A stretch of 48,246 nucleotides of DNA from Candidatus Dojkabacteria bacterium. GTDB taxonomy: Archaea; Nanobdellota; Nanobdellia; Pacearchaeales; GW2011-AR1. This document shows, piece by piece, positions 17,707 through 25,423 of this stretch. Below the pieces are notes generated by a model, which worked only from the letters and a program-made list of their open reading frames with translations, made no database searches and was not told where the DNA came from. A program made the position numbers and the translations under genes. The stretch lies in NCBI GenBank assembly GCA_017610445.1, contig JAFCCB010000001.1, positions 1-48,246 of the forward strand, in the 5' to 3' direction. Within the stretch, counting starts at the first letter, position 1; the number at the start of each line of letters is the position of its first letter.

Positions 17707-18070
17707 TTTCAACCTCCAAATTACCATCATCAAGAACAACTTTTCTATTCCCAACATAAACTTCTGCCCTTAAATCATCAAGTTCTAGATTATCTAAAAT
17801 AAAATCAACATCTTTTTTAATCTCAGGATATCTCCCCTGTGAAACATAACCTCTAACTTCCATGCCATTAATTTCTGTCTGAAGCAAAGCCAATAAACTC
17901 TGCTCAGCATTAATATTTGAAATCTCTTTGCCTGAAAAATCTAAAACACCTCTTTCTTTTGCAATCCCATAAGAAGCAGTAACAAACAAAATAACCGCAA
18001 ATAAAATAATTATTGTTGCAACAACCCATGTCATTGTAGCGCCGATTGCAGCTTTTTTTTGTCTAAACAT
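17699..18070 (-). CDS. Type IV pilin-like protein
   Basis: MFRQKKA|AIGATMTWVVATIIILF. Confidence 0.78.
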   Translation of the reverse strand: MFRQKKAAIGATMTWVVATIIILFAVILFVTASYGIAKERGVLDFSGKEISNINAEQSLLALLQTEINGMEVRGYVSQGRYPEIKKDVDFILDNLELDDLRAEVYVGNRKVVLDDGNLEVENE

Positions 18071-18629
18071 TTTTCTTCACCTTCCCAACAGCACCAATAA
18101 CTTTTAATATAATCTTTTCCTGTTTTAAAGAATCTTCACTATTCTGTTCTGTGCTCACACTATCAGGGTCTGTAACAAACAACCCCTCAGAAAAATCCTG
18201 TTCTTTAGATAATTCTTCCTCTCTCAAAACATAAACCTCTTTTTCACTGCACTTCGGAATTTTATCACCCTTTAATCCACAAAATTCCAAAAAATCATTT
18301 CTTCCAAAATCCATGTTTTCTTTCAATTTTTCGCCAGAATTAAAATCAGATAATTCAATTCCCACACCATACTCTTCTTCTGAAAAATCAAAATTGCAAA
18401 ATTCTAATAAATTAAAATTCTTGTCAAAAACACTTTCATTTAACACTCCCTGCTCTGTCAAACAATCAATAACCCTGTCGCTTAAAATCCCTGCCTCTGC
18501 CTCTCTTACATCTAATCCAGAGCCATAAACCAGCAAAACTCCTGAGACAATTCCAATCGCAACAATAATATAAATTATAAAAAGATAAATGCTTAATACT
18601 CTCTCACCTGCTTTTTTATTTTTTATCAT
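18063..18629 (-). CDS. Type IV pilin-like protein
   Basis: MIKNKKA|GERVLSIYLFIIYIIV. Confidence 0.78.
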   Translation of the reverse strand: MIKNKKAGERVLSIYLFIIYIIVAIGIVSGVLLVYGSGLDVREAEAGILSDRVIDCLTEQGVLNESVFDKNFNLLEFCNFDFSEEEYGVGIELSDFNSGEKLKENMDFGRNDFLEFCGLKGDKIPKCSEKEVYVLREEELSKEQDFSEGLFVTDPDSVSTEQNSEDSLKQEKIILKVIGAVGKVKKNV

Positions 18630-18795
18630 CTTTTTTGTTCTTAATTTTTATTTAATATCTATTAAATTTTTAAGTTGTGTTGATGAACACTTTTAAAGGA
18701 AAGTTGATGCATAAGAAAACCATTGGTTGTCTTAGCTCTGTTCTTCATCCCTTAACTTTTTATAAGATATCAGTTTTATTATTTTATCCTCCTTT

Positions 18796-19179
18796 TCATT
18801 TTACAACCAAAACCAAATAATCTTCTTCAAATTTATATTCAACATTAACATCATTAAAATAACCATAATCATAAAAACTATCAGCGCCTGCTTTAGCAAC
18901 AACCAAATTTTTTTCATTATCAATCTCTATGCTTTTTTCCTTAGCAACCTCATTCTCTCCTGCTTTTTTAAAAAAATCCTGCAGATTAATTTGAATTTCT
19001 GTTCCAGGTTTTGAACTATCAATCAACAAAGCAATCTGCTTGGCAGTTCCCTCTTCTATCAAAGACGTTGAAGAACTCTGCAGATAAATAAACACAATCA
19101 TAACTGAAAAAAACACAACATTCAAAATAATAAAAATAATCTGCTCATGTAAAATATTTGCTTTTTTATTTTTCATCAT
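18796..19179 (-). CDS. Type IV pilin-like protein
   Basis: MMKNKKA|NILHEQIIFIILN with Glu at +5. Confidence 0.8.
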   Translation of the reverse strand: MMKNKKANILHEQIIFIILNVVFFSVMIVFIYLQSSSTSLIEEGTAKQIALLIDSSKPGTEIQINLQDFFKKAGENEVAKEKSIEIDNEKNLVVAKAGADSFYDYGYFNDVNVEYKFEEDYLVLVVK

Positions 19180-19290
19180 TTTATTATCTCAATATCCCAA
19201 AAAAAATTTAAGTTTCTCATAACATATTTTTTAGTTTTAAAGAGTTACCCTTTTTTTTATTAATTTTTAGTTTTCAACTAAATAATCCCC

Positions 19291-20214
19291 CTAAATTTCT
19301 GAAACATATTCTTTGCAATCAAGCGCCTCTAATTCCTTGCCATTAAATTCTAAGTATCTTGGTGCTGTCTGTTGAGTATCTTCTGTTGCAGAACTAGTCC
19401 AAATTCCTCCAATAACTCCTGCAACTGTTCCAACTCCTGCCCCAATAGCAGTTCCTAATCCTGGAGAAATAACTGTTCCAATTTTAGCACCTTCAAAACC
19501 TGCAGCAGCCCCAGCTCCACCAACAGCAAGAATACCAGCAGGAATAGTCCATCCTTTACTCCAACCTTTTTTAATTATTGAAGTTATAACAACATATTCC
19601 TTAGAAGAATTTATTTTATAATCATAAATATCATATTTCCCTTTATCTAAAATTGCCTGCCTAACACTCTCCAAAGAATTCATTCCATAAATATTAAATA
19701 TATATGTCTCATCTTTATTAGGAATTTTATTTGTTTTCATAAAATCATAAATTTTTAAATAAGAAATTCCTTCAGGATATTTTTTTTGAATTTCAGAGTC
19801 AAAATAAATCTTATCACAAATAGAACAATAAGCTTCACTAATGCCCATCCCAGAAGACATGTAATCAACTTTTCCTTCACCCATCATCCACCAGCAATCA
19901 TACAGCAAACCAGCCATCTCTTCAATTAATTCATTTTCATTATCAACTTTTATTATAACCATATCTTTTCTGCTAACATCACAACCTCCACCCATACTTA
20001 AACAAACATCTTGCGTCTTGCATTTTAATTGAACCATATCTTTTCCAGCAGGCAAAGCCCCTCGCATTATTACAGAATTTCTACAGCTCTCTTTATCAAT
20101 AGTTGATTTCAAATGCAGCATAAAAAAGAAACCTAAAATAATCACAAAACTGATAATCAAAATTATGATTGTAATTAACTGCTTAGATGTCAATTCCCCT
20201 TTTTTTGTTTTCAT
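19291..20214 (-). CDS. Large pilin-like protein with a glycine-zipper segment
   Basis: MKTKKG|ELTSKQLITIIILII; GILAVGGAGAAAGFEGAKIGTVISPGLGTAIGAGVGTVAGVIGGIW. Confidence 0.8.
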   Translation of the reverse strand: MKTKKGELTSKQLITIIILIISFVIILGFFFMLHLKSTIDKESCRNSVIMRGALPAGKDMVQLKCKTQDVCLSMGGGCDVSRKDMVIIKVDNENELIEEMAGLLYDCWWMMGEGKVDYMSSGMGISEAYCSICDKIYFDSEIQKKYPEGISYLKIYDFMKTNKIPNKDETYIFNIYGMNSLESVRQAILDKGKYDIYDYKINSSKEYVVITSIIKKGWSKGWTIPAGILAVGGAGAAAGFEGAKIGTVISPGLGTAIGAGVGTVAGVIGGIWTSSATEDTQQTAPRYLEFNGKELEALDCKEYVSEI

Positions 20215-20338
20215 TTTTTTAATTTATTATTTTTTATTAGTATCTTTTTTTATTTTAATTTAAAGTAATAAGTTCTTATATTTTAATTTTTTTATTCCAT
20301 ACCTTAATATTTTGTTAAGTTAATAAATATTATTATCA

Positions 20339-20461
20339 TTAACTCACTCCAAATCTTTTAAATAAAAAATACAAACCTAATAAAGCTATGCCAAAAAAAA
20401 TAATCCACAAAATAATTTTCATCAAATTTTCCATAACAGCTTTTTTATTTATTTTTTTCAT
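20339..20461 (-). CDS. 40-aa mini-pilin-like protein (not in ORF track)
   Basis: MKKINKKA|VMENLMKIILWIIFFGIALLGLYFLFKRFGVS*. Confidence 0.7.
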   Translation of the reverse strand: MKKINKKAVMENLMKIILWIIFFGIALLGLYFLFKRFGVS

Positions 20462-20570
20462 TTTATTATTTTTTTATTATTAATTAATATCTGATTCTAA
20501 GCTTGCTTTTCTATTCTTCACAGCTTAAAATTTTATAAGGATATTAATATTTATTTTATTAGGTTATTGG

Positions 20571-21125
20571 TTATTCTTCATTTTTCTCCTCAATAATATA
20601 ACCATTATCATATTTAATATTAACATCAGTCCTTATTTTAATATTAAACTCATTAATTTTCTCATCAAAATTCTTGCAAACTCCTCTTGTCTCGCATTTT
20701 TCTATTTGAGTATCTGCCCAAATCAGACCTTTTTTCCATTTACCTGTTTCAACAGCTTCACATAAACAAATACAATTTTCAGTGCATGCATCTGGCTTTT
20801 CTATTCCAGAATAACTTATTAATCTCCAACCATTTGGTTCTAATAAAGGCAGACTAATTTCTCCTGATTTTGCATCAATCATTTTTTCATCCAAACTTCC
20901 AAGGGTTGACTCTGCTCTTTTAAAATTCTGTTTTTCTGTAAAACTTGAATAAAAAATAAACAAAAGATACAGCAGTAAAATAATACTCAAAACAGCAATT
21001 ATTATTTTCAAGGTATATTCCCCTAATAAAAATCCTCTTTTATCCCTGCCTGCTTTTGATTTAACTTTTCTCAGAAAAGTTATTTCTTTGTTCAAACTTG
21101 TCTTTCTAAGAAAGTTTGCTTTCAT
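20571..21125 (-). CDS. Type IV pilin-like protein with an in-frame insert in its leader
   Basis: MKA[NFLRK...KSKA]GRDKRG|FLLGEYTLKIIIAV with Glu at +5; CxxxCxCxC motif. Confidence 0.8.
   Translation of the reverse strand: MKANFLRKTSLNKEITFLRKVKSKAGRDKRGFLLGEYTLKIIIAVLSIILLLYLLFIFYSSFTEKQNFKRAESTLGSLDEKMIDAKSGEISLPLLEPNGWRLISYSGIEKPDACTENCICLCEAVETGKWKKGLIWADTQIEKCETRGVCKNFDEKINEFNIKIRTDVNIKYDNGYIIEEKNEE
21054..21119. repeat. 66-bp palindromic repeat, copy 2
   Basis: 65/66 identical to 17620..17685; the single mismatch lies in the hairpin loop. Confidence 0.92.
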
Positions 21126-21556
21126 TTTATTTTGTAAATCTCCTTTCCATATTTATAAGCACTATTCAAACCCTCACTTCCTTCAACACCATAATAAATA
21201 CTAATTTTCCCTTCATTATCTAACTCTCCAATCTCTTCATCAAACTTTAATTCATCCAAACCAAACAAACCATATTTTTCCAAATAAATCTTATCCTTCT
21301 TAAAATAAATTTTAGTCCTGCCCTCTTTTTCAGAAATAAAAAAACTATTTTCATCAACCCTACCAATTAAATTCTTTTCTTGTATCAATTCCTTGCTAAA
21401 TTGAGTATTAATATCTATCTTCGGCTCTTCAAAACTTATCCCAGAAAAATAAGGAATAACATATGCCTTCATTGAAAAATAAACACCCAAAATAACCACA
21501 ACAATAACCACTGAAGCAATCACCATCTTAATCAAATTATTTATTGTCAATTCCAT
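21122..21556 (-). CDS. Pilin-like protein lacking an in-frame basic leader
   Basis: MELTINNLIKMVIASVVIVVVILG resembles a mature pilin N-terminus; in-frame stop two codons upstream. Confidence 0.65.
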   Translation of the reverse strand: MELTINNLIKMVIASVVIVVVILGVYFSMKAYVIPYFSGISFEEPKIDINTQFSKELIQEKNLIGRVDENSFFISEKEGRTKIYFKKDKIYLEKYGLFGLDELKFDEEIGELDNEGKISIYYGVEGSEGLNSAYKYGKEIYKIK

Positions 21557-21637
21557 TTTTTATTTTCAATAAAGTTTTAATCTCCTCTGTGCTTTCAACA
21601 TCTCAGATTTTTTACCCAATTTTTTGCTCTTTATTAT

Positions 21638-21802
21638 TTATCTAAATCTAAATAAATTTTTCAGATAATCTCCAATACCTCCTAACTTGCCTTTCAACAA
21701 AACTGCTAAAACAATCATAATCACCAGCACAGCAATTGCAATTACCCACCAAACCAAACTTTCAATAGCAACCCCTTTTTTATTTTTACTTTTTTTATCC
21801 AT
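21638..21802 (-). CDS. 54-aa mini-pilin-like protein at the head of the pilin cluster (not in ORF track)
   Basis: MDKKSKNKKG|VAIESLVWWVIAIAVLVIMIVLAVLLKGKLGGIGDYLKNLFRFR*; TTTATAAG box about 22 nt upstream. Confidence 0.78.
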   Translation of the reverse strand: MDKKSKNKKGVAIESLVWWVIAIAVLVIMIVLAVLLKGKLGGIGDYLKNLFRFR

Positions 21803-21938
21803 AATTAATTAATAATTAACAAACTTATAAATCTTATTAAATCACCAAAAAACCAATTATTAAAAAACCAATAAATTAAAATTTAATAGATATTAACAAA
21901 AACAACTATCATATTAAATAAATATTAATAAACCCGCC

Positions 21939-22026
21939 GGCTCTGTCTGGAATGGATTTTTTTACACATAAAATTTTCTATTTTTTTAAAATTTACATAG
22001 GGAATTTTTAAACCCATGACAACGCC
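21939..22026. mobile_element. Putative 88-bp MITE or IS remnant
   Basis: Ends GGCTCTGTC...GACAACGCC; flanked by AACCCGCC/AACCCACC (7/8 target duplication). Confidence 0.55.
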
Positions 22027-22071
22027 AACCCACCAAAACATTTATATTAACTAATAAATAATATACTACAT

Positions 22072-22275
22072 ATGCCTTTAAAAGATTATAAAGATCCAAA
22101 TGACAGAATGACAAAAATAGAAAATCCAGATAATAGTATATTTAAAAAAGCTTATTTAGAATTAAAATCTTCAACAGAATATGCTAAACAACATTTCAAA
22201 GACTTCCCAGTATACCATCAGTTAAAAAAAGCATTAGTAAAATACACTCCAAGATTTAATCAACTAACTCACTAG
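22072..22275 (+). CDS. Hypothetical protein
   Basis: 67-aa ORF with a TTTATA box upstream. Confidence 0.55.
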   Translation: MPLKDYKDPNDRMTKIENPDNSIFKKAYLELKSSTEYAKQHFKDFPVYHQLKKALVKYTPRFNQLTH

Positions 22276-24411
22276 CCCGCCTAAAGCAACACCAGTTAAT
22301 AAAGACAAGGCAAGTATTGAAATTAAAGCAGTAATTAAATATAAAACACTTCCTTTAATTAAATTCTTTGAAATTTCATAAGTTTTCTTTAGCCTGTCCT
22401 CCCCAGAATCAACAACAACTAAGGTTGAAGTTAAAATGAAAATTATTTGAATAATATAAATCCCAATCGCAATCTGCATAAAATAAGGAGGAACCATTTT
22501 TGCAATATCAAATATCTCAGTAATATTTCCTACACTTCCAAAACCAGCAATTGCAGTTTCTGCACCACCAGAAACCACCATCTCTTTTAACTGCCCTAAA
22601 ATTCCAGTAATCATACTTGCTAATCCAACAACAATTCCAGCAAGCAATGGAGCTAAAAAACACATATTACTCTTCATATCACTAATAACATCTGCAAGCA
22701 AATCTTTCAATCTTTGATTAATCTTCTGTATATTCCTGACATATTCTGAAATACTCAGCAAACTATGAGCAGCAATTTTCAATCCTTTTTTAACACTCTC
22801 AATCAAAATCCTCATACTTGTTGCAATTAAATTTGAAGGATAATAAATCAAAGCACCTCTTTTAGGATTAAAAATAGCATCTTCCAAACTCATTCCCATT
22901 GCTTGAATATTTGTGCTGACTATTTTAAAAAAATTCTCAGTTTTCTGCCCCTTAGAAGACTCAGCAACTTTTGCAAAAGCAATTTCAGCAGGAGTGCCAT
23001 CTCCTAATCTATTCGCCAATGCAAACAGAGAATTATTAAACTCTTTCTCTAAATCCTTTGACTGTTCACGAGTTTTAATTAATTGTTTTGTTTTCAATGA
23101 AAAACTTAATGCAAAAAACATTGCAATTGAAAACGGAATAAACAAACTCAAAATTAATGCCCCAATTCCAAAAGGCCCATTACCGTCAACAAAGCCAAAA
23201 AAATTCCCCTTGCCAAAAATCCCCAGCCCAATATCAGCTAAGGCAAAATCACCCAATCCAATATATGAATAAAATAAAGGAAGCAAACCTAACAACAAAA
23301 AAGGAAGACAAATTAAAAGAGCCTTATAATAAGGAGTTTTAGAAACATACTGATAATAAAGCGGATTTTTTTCTAATAAACTGCTTTCCCCATACCCTCC
23401 AGGACGTTTCAGCATTATATTAGTCGTAAGATAAAAAACAAAAAAAGGAATTATCAAATTAAAGATAACAAAAATATGTGTCCATTTAATAATCCCACCA
23501 AGAAGAGTAGACGCTAAAGGAAGCAAAGCCAAACCCAAAGTAGGAAGAACAATCCCAAGCATATATAAATTAGTTAAAGGTGACTTAATTGTATGAGTAT
23601 ATTTCAACATCTTATCATAAACTCCATCCAAAATAACTTTCAGAGCTCTTTCTAAAATCTGAATCCTTCTTTCCTCGCTAGGCTCATACAAACTTGATTC
23701 AATCAAATGAAAACTTTCAACAAACTCTATGCTGTATTCTCTCCAAGAATCAAGATAAACATCCAAACTGTCTTTAATCGAGCTATACTTTCCTGTCTCC
23801 ACATCCCATAAAACTTTTTTAAAATCAAGTGCAAGAGGCGGTTCTATATGATTGCTGACAAAACTAATTGCCCTCTCTAAATTACTTGTATGTCTCATAT
23901 AAACAACAGTGTAAAGAACAGCAGGAACCATCTGGCTTCCTGCTTTTAATCTCCATTTAACTGCCAGCCTAGAAGGCATTGAATAAAAATAATAAAACAA
24001 AAAAAATGATGTAATAAGCATCAAAAATAAAAATAATGCTGGAAAACCAAAACCAAAAAGCCAAATAGCAACACTGATTAAAACTCCAATAAAAAAAATC
24101 CCTAAGAAATTCATAATAGCCAAACCAACAACCCCTCCTGGACTAACATCTAAATGAGCAATATTTAGTTGCTTGGAAATTTTCTGCTCGTCCTTCAGCG
24201 CTAATTTTATCTTGATAAAATTTCCCAGACTCTTAACCCATCTTTCATATCTTGATAGTTCAGGCATCATATCCTGCTTAAACTGCACAAACTCTTTTGA
24301 AGATGCAACATCCTGAACAGAATTTTGCTCGCCAGTATCAAAGCCATGAACCTCCTGCTCAATTTTCCGCGAATATTTTTTCAAAATATCTTTTACATCT
24401 TTATCTACCAT
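22264..24411 (-). CDS. Type IV pilus membrane platform protein (TadB/TadC, FlaJ-like, two T2SSF-type domains)
   Basis: Multi-TM; SNLERAI..V..PLALDFKKVLW and LANRLGDGTPAEIAF cytoplasmic repeats; lies near the ATPase and pilins. Confidence 0.82.
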   Translation of the reverse strand: MVDKDVKDILKKYSRKIEQEVHGFDTGEQNSVQDVASSKEFVQFKQDMMPELSRYERWVKSLGNFIKIKLALKDEQKISKQLNIAHLDVSPGGVVGLAIMNFLGIFFIGVLISVAIWLFGFGFPALFLFLMLITSFFLFYYFYSMPSRLAVKWRLKAGSQMVPAVLYTVVYMRHTSNLERAISFVSNHIEPPLALDFKKVLWDVETGKYSSIKDSLDVYLDSWREYSIEFVESFHLIESSLYEPSEERRIQILERALKVILDGVYDKMLKYTHTIKSPLTNLYMLGIVLPTLGLALLPLASTLLGGIIKWTHIFVIFNLIIPFFVFYLTTNIMLKRPGGYGESSLLEKNPLYYQYVSKTPYYKALLICLPFLLLGLLPLFYSYIGLGDFALADIGLGIFGKGNFFGFVDGNGPFGIGALILSLFIPFSIAMFFALSFSLKTKQLIKTREQSKDLEKEFNNSLFALANRLGDGTPAEIAFAKVAESSKGQKTENFFKIVSTNIQAMGMSLEDAIFNPKRGALIYYPSNLIATSMRILIESVKKGLKIAAHSLLSISEYVRNIQKINQRLKDLLADVISDMKSNMCFLAPLLAGIVVGLASMITGILGQLKEMVVSGGAETAIAGFGSVGNITEIFDIAKMVPPYFMQIAIGIYIIQIIFILTSTLVVVDSGEDRLKKTYEISKNLIKGSVLYLITALISILALSLLTGVALGGLVS

Positions 24412-24463
24412 TTTCAGCTCTTTTTATATTATTCTTAAAAAACAATAATTAATAAACTTAATG

Positions 24464-24796
24464 TTAAATAAAAGAAATTATTTTTTCCAAATGTTTTCTA
24501 TCTACACCTATTTTTTCAGATAATCTTTTAATATCCCCATTAACTTCACAAAAACAATCTTTTTGAAATCCCTTGCTCATTCCAGCTCCTGTATTTTTTT
24601 TCTTTAAAACATTTTCTCTAATCTCATAAAAAACACAATCATTCCCTAAAGCTCCTAAACCAATCACATTCCCATCATATTTTCTAATTTTAGGATTATT
24701 AAAAACATAAATTTCAATTATTTTATCTCTATCTTCCAAAGGAAGACTTTCTTGTTTTCTAGGAGCCTCTCTTTTTTCCCATCCAATATATTTCAT
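24464..24796 (-). CDS. Hypothetical protein
   Basis: 110-aa ORF co-oriented with neighbours. Confidence 0.6.
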   Translation of the reverse strand: MKYIGWEKREAPRKQESLPLEDRDKIIEIYVFNNPKIRKYDGNVIGLGALGNDCVFYEIRENVLKKKNTGAGMSKGFQKDCFCEVNGDIKRLSEKIGVDRKHLEKIISFI

Positions 24797-25008
24797 AAAT
24801 CAAACAAAAACTTTTAATTTAAAAATATTACTAAGGTAAAATATACTAATTAATAAAATTCCTATAAAACCAATCCCAATTCACTTTTACTTTTATTAAG
24901 ATTATAATACTTCTTTTTTCCCTATCCCAACCTAAACCCAATAAAAATTCTGCTAATCTTTGAATTAAAAATATCTTATTTTAAAATTTATACTATAAAA
25001 AGATTTGT

Positions 25009-25422
25009 TTAAACAACAAAAAACAATTTCAACATCTTAGTAATATGCGCAGGCAATTCAGACATTGCTTTTTTTGTTAAATCATCTAAGGACTTATAAA
25101 TTTTTTTAGCACTTTCAGGGTTAGGATAAACTTCAAAACCCAAATCTTCCTTAATACCAACCTTGCCAGCAAGTTTAGGGACATATTTACACAAAAACTT
25201 TTTAACACCTTTTAATTCATAAGGTTTTGATTTTTTAATATGAACAACTCCATTAACAGTTTCAATTATCAATGATTCAAAAGGTGTACCTCCTTCCTCC
25301 ATTATTCTAGAGTATCCAATACCTTCAAGAAAGGCTTTTTCCCCTTTCTCATACTCTGCATGATAAGTTTCCTCAATATCACTCTCCCCTGTTTTTTTAT
25401 GTTGTGTTTTATGTATTTTCAT
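25009..25422 (-). CDS. Hypothetical protein
   Basis: 137-aa ORF starting 1 nt after the ATPase stop. Confidence 0.65.
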   Translation of the reverse strand: MKIHKTQHKKTGESDIEETYHAEYEKGEKAFLEGIGYSRIMEEGGTPFESLIIETVNGVVHIKKSKPYELKGVKKFLCKYVPKLAGKVGIKEDLGFEVYPNPESAKKIYKSLDDLTKKAMSELPAHITKMLKLFFVV

Positions 25423-25423
25423 T

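Noticed and set aside
17707..17757. N-terminal extension of the 17308..17757 ORF
   Set aside because: Overlaps the upstream gene; MNKQG at 17706 gives a proper class III start.
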